Part shown: positions 27,504 to 39,437 of the stretch, piece by piece
Layout: every line of letters begins with the position of its first letter
Position numbering within the stretch: position 1 is the stretch's first letter
From: Cycas panzhihuaensis
Taxonomy: Eukaryota; Plantae; Cycadophyta
Reading direction: 5' to 3'
Length of the DNA: 64,000 nucleotides
Assembly (NCBI GenBank): GCA_023213395.1
Contig: CM041465.1
Span: 195,121,741-195,185,740, forward strand
Notes under the pieces: generated by a model
What the model was told of the DNA's origin: nothing
Database searches by the model: none
What the model saw: only the letters and a program-made list of their open reading frames with translations
Translations under genes and position numbers: made by a program

Positions 27504-27831
27504 TGTTAGGGTTAATGTTCATCACCCCACTCCCACCATTTACACATGTGAGTGTACACATGTGAAGGTAAGTAAGGTAAGGTTAAAGTTACTTTAGTTA
27601 AGCATTATTTTATTATATTTTAAATTTTGGAGGTTAAGGAGGTTTCCCTCCTCCCTTAAACTATATCTTTACTGGGGTGACAAACCTTGATGTCTTTTGA
27701 CACCACCTTCATTTTAGACATTTGTAATACTCTCTCAAAGATAGATTAAATACAAAGATTTATGTGTTTATGATACAATAGATTGATTATTTGATATATG
27801 CTCTGCTCTGTCTCCATTTTACAAACATTCA
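27504..27831 (+). repeat. 5' LTR of element E
   Basis: 328 bp, about 92% similar to 32579-32906 and recognisably related to the B LTRs. Confidence 0.94.
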
Positions 27832-30800
27832 TTTAGTATCAGAGCTTAGATTTTAGCCTATTGAAGTTCTTTTTTTGAGAAGTAAGAATATCCATTAGCT
27901 TCTGAAGTAGATCTACTCATGGCAAGCCAAATATTAGTTCTATTTATTTTCTACAAAGCTTATTAGTAGTTTCTTATATTATTTTTCATTAAAATTTTTG
28001 ATTATTTCTGATTTATATCTGTAAAATAACCCATATTTTCATAGATCTGTGCAAGATCACAGCCATAGTCAGTAAAATATTCAAGATCTCATCATTTTAC
28101 GAAGTTTCTATTAATAAGTTTTACATATTTTGTTAAATATTAGGCTATTTTTTGTGTATTTGGTCTATTTACTCAATATTTTTTTAGATCTGTATAATAA
28201 TTACTGCATATTCAACCCAACAGGTTTTTTTGAGAAGTTATACTAAGATTTTGTTTGATATTTTATAAGATTTTGTTGTCCATTCACTATTTTTTTAATG
28301 TTTGGCAAAGAACTTATGCTTTTATAGGCTGGTGTAGTCTCCACAGTGAATAAAACCTTAGCAAATCACTGGTCATTTCAAAGCTCTCTAAGTCAACTTT
28401 GTATTGAATTCGATGGTTTCAATTTTTGATGCTCTGACAAAGAGATCTACTTCCTGGAAGGTCGGCTATTCTTTTTTGCAATAAAACCCCACTACCCCTT
28501 CTCTCATTTGCTTGTTTTGACTTCTTTCTTCATTAGATTTTTTGTGTTATAGGGGTGCGAGTCTAATACAATATAGACAAAGCAAGTTCAGTTTAATTTT
28601 AAGCATTTCTTGGGCCGTACGATCTCTATAAAGGCATACGACCTCCTTGGGAGCCAAAGCTTCATTCTCTGTATATAGGCATCTATTTATCACAAAATTT
28701 GATAGAGATCTTACCATCAACTACATCAAGCTACTCCTCTAATTTTATCAGATTTCGTTTCTCTTGGTGAGATCTAACCTACTGAAGTTTTCTCTCCAAG
28801 TGCATCCTTCTGTTGATATATTTTTTTATTTTTTATAGAAAAATTTATATTTTTTTGAAATATTTTTTATTGATCTACCTCTGTAGACCCTCGGCACCCA
28901 CATTTGGTCAATTTTTGAAGGTGTTTAATCGTTTCTCAAACCGAAAAAGTATTCTTTTATTTTACGTTTATTTTTCAAGTTTATTTTTTGGGCGACTTGA
29001 TACCCTCGATTCGACAAGCTTGTGCAGTAGATCCAACGCTTGAAACCCCTGCCAATGACTACTCGTTATGATTCTTGTTGAGCCATCGAGCTAGTGGAAG
29101 AAACCATTCATGATTTGATTGATCGTATAGTGAGATATTTAGTTTTGAACAATTGTTACTCCATTTGGCTCCTATTCGGTCTGCAGGCTCATTCTCAACG
29201 CACAAGCAATGGATCGATGTAAAATTTTACAAACTCCTTACTGCCCAAGATACCTTATTTCCTGTCAATTTTTGCCTCATTTTGTGGACTACAAAGAGAG
29301 ATCTAACCTCCAAAGTGATTTAGGCTTTAGTTTCTCAAGTTTTCAGTAATTTTCAATGTTTTTTCTTAAATATTTTTGAAATTCTTTTATAAAATCTAGA
29401 TTACCCTGCTGAGGCACCTCCCGTGGGTCTATCTCAGCTCAAATTTGAGTGTACTCAAAGTTTTTTTTGCCTTCGTAGCATCAACATTCCCTTTGTTCCC
29501 GTCGCGCCCGAGTGTTTTTTCTCATAATACATATTTCTTTTATTTATTTTTTAGTGTGCTTTCAGGCCCAAGTTGCATGTAGAGCCATCGTGCCTCCGTC
29601 TGCGTGTTGGTCTAAGCCTGATTCGATCCATTTCGATTGACTGTTCACACAGTTTTCACCTCTATACAACCGTTGTTTTTATATTCAACATAGTAACATT
29701 TTTTAATATTTTTTTTCATATTATAAAGTTTATAAAAAATCAAATCATATTTTATAATATTTGAACTCCATTTTATAAGGCCTTAGTCCCTTTAAGAACT
29801 TAGCCCTTGGTCACATCAATCTATGTGACTCATACATGTTTATTAAAAAGGGCCTTTTAACTTTATAAACTTTTTTCCTTTTATTTATTTTTTTTTTTTC
29901 CTTAAAACATGAAGTACCTAATTATTTTCTGCAATATCTTCTGGCTGAAGTATCAATTTCTGATTAAACTTGTCTCGTTGAGACCAAAATTTTATGGGAT
30001 ATAGTTTATACTGGCTATTTGCCATATTTGGAGCCAATTTGAGTTTATTTTAATGAGGTAAAGTCAATCATTATTTTTGCAAAGTTTTTTTAAATTATTA
30101 TCACAAAATCTCTTCTTTATCAGGTTATACTTTATCAACGAGACATCATTTTTTGTTCGGATCTACTCTGCAACAATCTATTTTCAGCGAAATTTATTAC
30201 TGTCCACTCATTTTATTTTTTAGGATTTGTTTCGATCATTATTTTAATCAATGAAAGTGGCACTTTAATATTTTTTAGTATATTTACATAAAAAATACTA
30301 CTTACATTTTCAGTTGTATCTCCTCAATCGAAAATTGAATTTCCAAACCGTAAGATTTGTTGGAATCCTGATTTAGAGCACTACTGCCTGAAGATATTTT
30401 TTGCTTGATTTGACTAATTTTCTTATAGGTTTAAGTAGGTCAAAATTAACCTTATTTGTGCTGCTTATTTTATTAACCTTAGAATGATACTTTTAACGGT
30501 TTCTTTAATATCTTGAGCTTCATAGCTCAGAATTGAGTACCGTTTGATTCTAGTGAAAGATTTTTTAGAGATCTACAATTTTACATTATTTTTATTTCAA
30601 TTTGAGTCTATTTTGTAAATGCTCTAAGCTATCAAAATTGAGGTATATAAAAGCTCCTAATTTATTATTATTGAATATTTTTATACACTATTTCTCAAGT
30701 TTATTAACTCAAAGCATATTAAGCAGCTCTTTAATTTATATTCAATCATTTTACATTGTTTTATAATTTTTTTACTAGTATTTCATGACCTTTTGAGCCC

Positions 30801-31855
30801 CGAGTTCTCGTTAAACCCCAAAAAGATGACCATATCATTTGTACATTAAAATCTTGACTTACAGGAACCCATTCTCAAAACGATCAGTTTCGTTGAACAG
30901 ATATTTTATTGATATTCAAACTCGTATAATCTCATCTTAATTTGATATTGTTTAGTATAGCTTTGAAGCTGATTAAGTTAAGCATTTTATATATCCTAAT
31001 AGGCTTGTCCTCTTAACCTTTTAAGGAATTCTTTCTTTTATTTTTCTTACTGATTACTTATGATATGTATTTGAGGTTTTCATTTGACTTTTATATAGTT
31101 TCTTTTAAATTGATTTGCAACGGAAAATTGATCATATACATCTAAAGCAAGTGACAAGCTAGGTGCTACTGCATCCTAAAATGGATACAATTCTTTTTTT
31201 TTTGAAGGTCCTTCTTCAAATTTTTTATCTTTCTCAAGGGAATATATATATATATATATTTCAGATTTCCTGCATCATATATCTTCATCATAGACAAAAT
31301 GAATACTTATTAATCTTGCATTGAAAAATAAGGTCATTTTCTTACTTAATGTTTATTCATTTGAAAATTCAAAAGCTTGGAATTTTTATTTCTTCATCAT
31401 CAAGAAGTCTTATTTCAGATTTGTATATTTAAATATCTTAGTTACTTTACAAGTTTGCTTATATAATCATTCTATTTCAAAGTATATTTGAAATTATATA
31501 TTATAAGTTTATTGATTTATTAAGTTCTTTGATTCCTTCTAAAAGCACATATTTTATTGAAAAGTACAAAAAGTTCACTTAGTAAAAACATTATTGATTC
31601 ATTATTACACTTAAGGTTGCATAAAGTGCACTTTACTTTAAAGAAATATTTTATTTTATTTCATTTTTAAGGGCATTACATCTTTTTCTTAGAAGTTATT
31701 GGCAAGACCACATCATTGATAACTTATTGGCATTAGAGTGCATTCTTTTTAAAATATCTATATCATCTACTTGCATTAGTATTAAAATCATTTAAAAGAG
31801 TTGTTTATTTGAAAATCATATTTCTTTTTTATTATGTACTAAAAGTTTCTATAAA

Positions 31856-32578
31856 ATGGCAATCAATCTAAACAAAATATGATTCCCTATATTTGATGGC
31901 CATAATTTTTCATAATGGCATAAAATAATGCAGACTTACTTTATCACAAATGATCTTTGTAGATACCTACAAGGTGGATATGACCTTAATAATAAATAAG
32001 ACATAAAAAAAGATAATTAAGCCTTAGTTATATTATTTTGTACTATAGATAATAATATTTTTTCTAAAATTTGTGAAATGACGATCTCCAAATCCGTATG
32101 GAACACCTTAGATTTTATTTATGAGAGAGAAACCCTCAATATAAATAAATTTAACTTTGATATTGTTGAGCATGTGAGACAGATGTCAGAGTAGGTTGTT
32201 TGTGATAAAAAGTCTAAGAAAGAGAATTCGAGTGAAATGAACGATTACCTTGTTGCACAAGAAGTTGATCCTTCATTTGAGGGAGAGAAACCTTATGATA
32301 TGATAGTTACTCACAAAACAAAGATTTTAGAAAATAAAATCAAAGTTCTAGAAGATAAAGTTAGAGTTACAGTCATTCATCTTTATTTAAATCAAGCTAC
32401 ACATACTTGGACTTCATTTGAACCACTCAATGTTAAAGAAACACACATCATTTAAACGACGACGCGAATTAATGATAATAAAGTTAAAAAACAAACATTC
32501 AAAATTTTTTTCAAGTTCAAGTTTCACAAGTTTAAAGAGAAAAATAAAAATGTTCATGATGACTATTAAGGGGGAGAA
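31856..32578 (+). pseudogene. Short Copia gag-derived reading frame of E ending in an RNase H-tail-like segment
   Basis: MAINLNKI*FPIFDGHNFS*WHKIMQTYFITNDL...KICEMTISKSVWNTL resembles the gag N-terminus of C. The end KFHKFKEKIKMFMMTIKGE resembles the pol end of C (KFEKFRDNLGVIHIGLMGE). Confidence 0.75.
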
Positions 32579-32906
32579 TGTTGGGGTTAATGTTTATCAC
32601 CATATTCCCACCATTTACACATGTAAGTGCACACGTGTGAAGGTAAGTAAGGTAAGGTTAAAGTTACTTTAGTTAAGAATTATTTTATTATATTTTAAAT
32701 TTTAGAGGTTGAGGAGGTTTCCCTCCTCCTTCAAACTATATCTTTACTAGGGTGACAAACCCTGGTGTCTTTTAACACCACCTTCATTTTTAACATTTAT
32801 AATACTCACTCAAAGATTGGTTGAATACAAAGATTTATGTGTTTATGCTACAATAGATTGATTATTTGATATATGCTCTGCTCTGTCTCCATTTTACAAA
32901 CCTTCA
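32579..32906 (+). repeat. 3' LTR of element E
   Basis: Preceded by the PPT, followed by TSD GTTAT. Confidence 0.94.
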
Positions 32907-35720
32907 GTTATTGCTGTTTTATGGTACAAGAATTGACGGCTAGTATTTTTTGGAACTTTGCTGCTTGTTTTTATCTCATTTTCATCTACAAATTTTCTGG
33001 TAGTTCTATTTTGCAAGGCGAATCGATTTCATGATTGCTAGTTTTGTTGTATTATTCACCTCTATATAAGCATATCCATTGATTTGGCTTTTTATTCTGA
33101 GTATATTCATTGCAAATTATTCCTCAAAGTAGCATTCTCTCAGCAATTTTTTTGTTGTAAAAACTCTGCTTATTCTAAAGTTTTCGTTTTAATTCTCATA
33201 ATTGTTTATGCTTTGATTGGTTCGGTTTCATTTATTTTGGTCTTGAAGCAGTCCATTGGTACTTATTTCTAATTTTTGAAGAGGTTTGAACCTTTAACTA
33301 GAGGTTTTCTTCGTTATAAGTCTTTTCCTTTCTTTAGTTCTTCGTTGAACTGATGGTTAGATATTATTTACTCATATTCCATAGCCTTTAAGTTTATATG
33401 GTGTTGGCTCCATTTGTCTCTGCGCAGTCGCCGAGTAACAACGTTATTCATACTTTTTATTTCAATGTTATAAACGTTGATTTGAATCATTATAAAGTTT
33501 ATTTTTAATTAAATTTTAGTATATAACGGTTCAATTCCATTTGTAAAGCTCTTAGCCCCCTTAAGAGCTTAACCCCCAGTCCTGTCACGTTCATGTGACC
33601 TCAACTTCTTTTTGAAAATGACCTATTTCAACCTTATAAAATTTTCTTTTTATTTTATTTATTTATTTTTCTTATATAAGGTACCTAGCATTTTTTTGTC
33701 ATATCTTCTTGTTGGAGTACTAGTTTCTGATGAAACTTGTTCTGTTAGGTCCAAAACTTCAAGAGCTACAACATAGACTAACTATTTGTTATTTTTTAAT
33801 CTGATATGACCTATTTTTTAATAATTTAAAATCAACCATTTTTTCATCCTTTAATTTATTAACATAAAGAAGACCTTTCACTATTTTTAGCATAACTCTT
33901 CTGTTTGATATCAGATTTCAAATCTGTTAGTTTCGTTGGAAAGCTGACTCATTTCTCCTTGTACTGATATATTTATTTGTAAGTTTTGAAGCATTTTTGC
34001 ATATGTTCAAAGCCGATAAAGTTAAAGTACTCAAATGCTCCTAGTTCTTCATTATTTCATATTTTTAAACATTATTTCTAAAGTTTAATTGACTTAAAAC
34101 ATATTAAGAAGCTTTCAATTTATATTTGATCTTTTTTACATTATTTCATAAGGTTTTATTAGTATTTCATAACTTTTTGAGACCCTTGGCTCCAGTTAAG
34201 CCTAAAAAATAGGTCATTTCGCTTGTTTATTAAAATCTTGAGTTGTAAGAGTCTGGTTTCTAAACAGTCAAATCCATTATAAAGATATTTTAATATTCTT
34301 CAATATGGTATAGTTTCATTTTAATCTGATATTGTTTAGTAAGACTTTGGAGTTGGTAAACTTGAGCATCCAATTTTATCCTAACATGCTTGTTTCTTTG
34401 ACTCTTAAAGGAGTTTTTTATTTCAATCAAGTTATACTTACTTTATTGATTATTCATCATACATATTTGAAGCTTTTATTTGACTCTCGTATAATTTTTC
34501 TAAGCTGATTTGCAACAGAAGATTGATTTCATACACATAAAGTGATCAACAAGCTAAGGGGGCCTACATATCAAAACAGGTACATTTCTCTATTTTGAAC
34601 TCTTTTAGTGGAAACTTTTCTTAATATTTTTTATCATTTTCAAAGAAAAATATATATTTCAGAATTCCTACCTTATACATCTTCACTTGTGGTCAAAAGG
34701 GATAGTAAATTATTTTGCATATTTGAAAAGGAATTCATTTCATTTTTAATTGACTTACTTAAACCACTTATCTCTATCGGAAAACTTTAAGATTTATTCA
34801 AATATTTCATTATATTAAATATTTATATTTGTTAAAATCATTCAAAAGAGGTATATACATCCTTATTGTTTCTTCATGATATCAAATAAAAAAATGAAGG
34901 TGCACTTTATTCAAAAGGAATAATTACTCATCTTGCATTGAAAAAATGGTCATTTATTTGCTTAAGCTATTGTTTATTTGTTTGAAAATTTAAAAGTTTA
35001 GTTAAAAGATTTTATCAACCTTCTTTATTTCTTCATCATTAAGGGGATTTTATTGCAAATTTGCATACTTAAATATCTTATTTACTTTGTATAAAAGATT
35101 CAATTATAGTTTGCTTATAAATCTACACAAGCACTTCTTCTTATTTTTTCATCTTATTTTAAAGAGTATTGCAATCATACATCTTAAGTTCATTAATACA
35201 CTAAGCTTTCTTATTCCTTCTAAAGGTATATATTTTTTAAAAGTGCATGACACTTTTAACCATTATATGCATTAAAAATTTACTTGTTGAAAGCATTATT
35301 GATTTATTATTGTACTTATAAAGGTTGCATATAGTTACTAGTGCACTTTATTTTTTAAAGGACATTTCATTTTCAAAGACATTGCATCTCTTTTGTAGAA
35401 GTTATTGCTTGAATATTTCCTTCAAAAGTCATTATATCGTTTATTCAATCTTGCTTAGAGGATATTATTCTTCATTCAAGTTATTTCTTTTTGGTGGATA
35501 AAAGAACCTTTCAAAACCCTAAGCAAGACCTCATCATTGATAATGTATTTTCATCTTTGATTATTTTAAAAAGACATTGACTTGCATTCTTTTTTAATGA
35601 ACATCTTTATCATTTAATTTATTTATCATAAGTATATTAAAAATCATAAGTGTTCATTTAAGGATTTGTCTTCTTATTTAAAAATTATACTTTCTTGATT
35701 ATGCATTAATTCCCTATACA

Positions 35721-36431
35721 ATGACAATGAATCTAAATAAAATTTGATTTCTTATATTTGACGATCATGATTTTCAATAATGGAGTAAAACAATGCAAGC
35801 ATACTTTATTGAAAATAATCTTTAGAAATATGTAAATAATAGATATAAACCCAATATTAAAGAAGATCTAAAAAAGGACAATGAGACCTTAGATATATTA
35901 TTTTGTACCATAGATGACAATGTTTTTTCTAATGTTTGTGAAATGACCACCTCTAAATCTATATGGGATATCTTAGCATCTACTTTTAAGAGAGAAACCC
36001 TCAATATGAATAGTTTTAATTATGATGATGTTGCAAATGTGAGAGATGTCAGAGCAAGTTTATTGTATTAAAAAAACTAATGAAGAAGATTCAAGTCAAA
36101 TGAATGATCACATTAATGAAGTTGATCCTTCATTTGAGGGGGAGGAACCTTATGATATGATAGTTATTCATAAAATAAAGATTCCAGAAGATAAAGTTAG
36201 AATTGCAGCCACTCATCTCCATTTGAAGTATATTATACTTATTTGGAGATTTTTTGAACCACATAATACTAAAGAAACACAAATTACTAAAAGGATGACA
36301 AGGCAAGTTCATGACTACTTCATGAATGATGACAAAACTAAAAGACAAGTGTTTAAAGTCATCATCAAGTTTGAGTATCACAAGTTCAAAGAGAAGATAA
36401 AGATGTACGTGATGACCATTAAAGAAGAGAA
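35721..36431 (+). pseudogene. Short gag-derived reading frame of B, homologous to 31856-32578
   Basis: MTMNLNKI*FLIFDDHDFQ*WSKTMQAYFIENNL...VCEMTTSKSIWDIL...EVDPSFEGEEPYDMIV...HKFKEKIKMYVMTIKEE, with a 2-nt frameshift near 36045. Confidence 0.75.
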
Positions 36432-36753
36432 TGTTGGGTTAATGTTCATCACATGACCCCACCTTGGAGTATGTAGCGCACAAGCATTCAAGGTAAGTTA
36501 GATAAGGTTTATTTAATGTTCCACATTATTTTATATTAATTTGAATTAAAGGTTGAAGAGGTTTCCCTCCTCCCTCAAAAGTATATATTTCATAGGGTCA
36601 TCTCCCTCGATGTTCATCAACACCACCTCTTCAAAGAAATTTTGTATATTCTCCGCAAATATGTATTAATGAAAATGATATTACGCATGCTTTACAATAT
36701 GGATTAAGTTGTTTACCTTTATTGCTCTGCTCTGCATCTCTATTAAACTTACA
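36432..36753 (+). repeat. 3' LTR of element B
   Basis: Matches 10473-10794; followed by TSD ACATT. Confidence 0.92.
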
Positions 36754-37501
36754 ACATTGTCAAGTAAACAATTAGAAGATTAAATCTGTGAGTGATTGTA
36801 TTAATTTATATCACATAGTTAATAAACTAGTGATTTGAATTAAATATTAATAAAAAATTGTGTAAAAAACAACATAACTAATTAAGATATTAACAAATAA
36901 TTAAGGTGATAGACTTGAAATATTATAAGGAAATTTTTTAAATAAGAAAGCACGTACCTTTAGTCACCTAAATGTGAATGGAGGCTTGACTTCAAGCGTG
37001 AATTTGTGAGTTAAAAAGGCATCCAAATGGATCAAATGGGTAGTCAATACATTCGCATCTGAATCAAGAATCTGATGCTTCTTTCATAATTGAATTTCGA
37101 CTCTAGATGACGAAGTTATTAAGAAAACAGTTCAATTACCTCCTCTTTGGAAAAAAAAAAAAATAGAATAAGGGTGAGGCCCCCTTTTACATTTGGACTT
37201 AGGTCACATCGGAGATAAAGGTGACCAAGAGGCTAGCGAATAGGGGGCTAACGCCTTGTGGTCCTAAAATATTTATACAATATAACTTAATTTTAAATAA
37301 AATTTGAACAAAAAAATAAATAAATCAAATAATAATATCATGGTGGCAGACCCAAATAAAAAGCAAACACAATTAGAAAGTTTTTGCATATGTAAAAACT
37401 TTACATTATATTTAAATAAACCTCGCATCCGCCAAATAATATTACTTTACCCTAAATTCTAAGGTTTCAAACTATTTTCTTGTGCAGGGTGGCAATGGCA
37501 G

Positions 37502-37632
37502 GTGTTTGAATCTCCTTCGTTATTCTTATGAGGCATTCAAATCTCCTCTATTTTCTTCCTGAGACATTTGAATCCCCTCTATTCTCTCTTTGAGGCATTC
37601 GAATCTCCTTTGTTCTCTTCATGAGGTATTCG
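37502..37632. repeat. 31-bp minisatellite (4 units plus a partial) in the A leader
   Basis: Units start at 37502, 37533, 37564 and 37595; consensus approximately GCATTCGAATCTCCTYTRTTCTCTTCATGAG. Confidence 0.9.
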
Positions 37633-38299
37633 TGGAGCCTGCATGTAATGGTGTCTACAGTTTGGCTTTATTTTTCCATTGACGTCTCTATTGGGGTTTC
37701 CATTCAGAGGCTTCACATGGTGTTTCCCATTGGCATTTGTTGTTGGGGTTTCCTCCTCTGAAATTAGATGATGAATTGTTTGTTTTTTGAGCAACTTTGC
37801 TTCTCGTTAATGGTTTCTGTCGGCAGTATGGGATTTAATCTTCATTGTCACCATGGGGTTATCTATTTCTTTCACAATTTACAACAACGATCATTAGTAA
37901 AAACAAGATAATTATTTCAAATTTAGAAATGCCTTTCTGGGTTTTATTTTATGTATTCTATTTCTTCATTGTATATGATTTTAAATTTTTTTTTTGTTTT
38001 ATATTGTAGGGTTTCGATGCTATTCTAGAGTTCATGCCTTCGCTAGATTTTTCACTGGAATTTTTGCAAAAGGAGAGAGGGGAGCAACTTTGATATTTTA
38101 TAGAGTTAGAAGGCGGATAAAAGATAGACAATTAGGCTATTGCAAGTGTAGTAAGGCTTTTTTTTTTTTTCTGCCTATTCTAATTTTGTAAGAATATTAG
38201 TTTTATTTGGTCCCGGAATCAAGAGAGGTTAAGTTTTGTAAAGCTTCTTAGTATTTTATGTTTTTAATAAATATTTTTATTTTATTTATTCAAAAAAAG

Positions 38300-38302
<3 letters not shown>

Positions 38303-38331
<29 letters not shown>
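38303..38331. repeat. (TG)14 microsatellite in the A leader
   Basis: Read directly from the sequence. Confidence 0.95.
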
Positions 38332-38445
38332 TCAAGGGTTTGATAAAAACTATTTTGCTTTAGCTTTCTGTTTGCATGCCCTGCTTCATAATTTTATTGC
38401 ATATTCTGCATCGAATTTGTATTTGAATACCCTACTTTGATACCA

Positions 38446-38876
38446 TGATAGAGAGAGGGTTACAAAATAAATGTATATCAAACACAAATAAAATCAAACA
38501 CAGTACACAATATCTGGCAGGTGTAAAACCCCTTTAGGGGATAAAAGGCCACCTCATAAATAATAATTGTATAATATAAAATAATTTATAAATACAAGAA
38601 AATAATTTAAATAAGAGGATCTCATCCTCTCTCAGATTATGCCTACCAGCCGGACCAAACAACCCTATGTAACTGCCACCTAACTTACCTTGACCAACCT
38701 CCTAGAATGTAGGAGGAAATATTTAAGAGAATGAAGGTTCATTAAAAATGGGTGATTGTCCATTTCAACAAACAACATAATTAATAAAATAACATTAATA
38801 AAAGTTAACATTTATTTTTTTTTTAACATTAGTAAAATGAATCTTGAAGCTAACATTAATAATAATAATTCTAACA
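38446..38876 (-). repeat. 5' LTR of element A
   Basis: Adjacent to PBS TGGTATCAAAGT (38434-38445, minus); followed on + by TSD CTTAT. Confidence 0.93.
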
Positions 38877-39437
38877 CTTATGATCCCTACATCCTTATTG
38901 AAAGGGCCTCTCCAACAATGGTGGGGAGAATAGATGCTAGTGGCTTTTTTAGTCTTATATGGAGACTAATATGGTAAAAGAGCCTAAAGCCCAAGTAGGT
39001 GGACTCCCTACTAGATGGCATGATAAGGAAAGGTAAAATTTTGTTTTCCATGAAGGTTAAATTGGGCCTATATGACCAGGAAAAAAAAAAAAGAAAAAGA
39101 GTTACATCCATGAATAGTGATTTACCTATACTAACTTAAGATATAAATATAAGAAAGAAATGAAAACAATATGCAAATCTTAATTATTGATGATGGTAAT
39201 TTTAGAATCCAAGTTGAAGTTGGTAGACCAACAACCACCCTGAGCCTTACAATTTTGTCAGACCAAAGCCCTGTATTCTTCAAAGTAGCATGGAGTGAAA
39301 ACAAACAAATCTATAAAAAATTAACATCTTTTATTTTGATAGCAAAACCCACTTTAACGAAATTTAGAGAGTCAATATCTCTTACCCAAATTATTAATAG
39401 ACAAATGGATGGATCAAGTGTTGCGTGCAAGCCAAAG

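Larger units (their letters stand above)
27504..32906 (+). mobile_element. Non-autonomous Copia-derived LTR element E (5.4 kb, relative of B), nested in B
   Basis: LTRs 27504-27831 / 32579-32906, perfect TSD GTTAT (27499-27503, 32907-32911), PBS TAGTATCAGAGC 27834-27845, PPT ATTAAGGGGGAGAA before 32579. No PR, INT or RT. Confidence 0.93.
10473..36753 (+). mobile_element. Non-autonomous Copia-derived LTR element B (TR-GAG/LARD-like, about 5.2 kb without inserts), inserted in the leader of A
   Basis: LTRs 10473-10794 / 36432-36753, perfect TSD ACATT (10468-10472, 36754-36758), PBS TGGTATCAAAGC 10797-10808, PPT 36418-36431. Internal pieces 10795-11130, 20373-20537, 26952-27503 and 32912-36431 are collinear with element E. 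Confidence 0.9.
5387..38876 (-). mobile_element. Ty1/copia element A (about 7.2 kb without inserts); hosts nested B, C, D, E
   Basis: LTR pair 5387-5837 / 38446-38876, perfect TSD CTTAT (5382-5386, 38877-38881), Met PBS 38434-38445, PPT 5838-5849, Copia domain order. Confidence 0.93.

Noticed and set aside
37502-37632. 31-bp repeats as a CRISPR array
   Set aside because: The units are contiguous with no unique spacers, there are no cas genes, and the context is a eukaryotic TE.
37470-38160. Plus-strand splice-acceptor-like sites (TTGTGCAG ~37487, ATTGTAG ~38009) suggesting a captured gene in the A leader
   Set aside because: The downstream frames are short and unrecognisable, and such sites arise easily in T-rich sequence.
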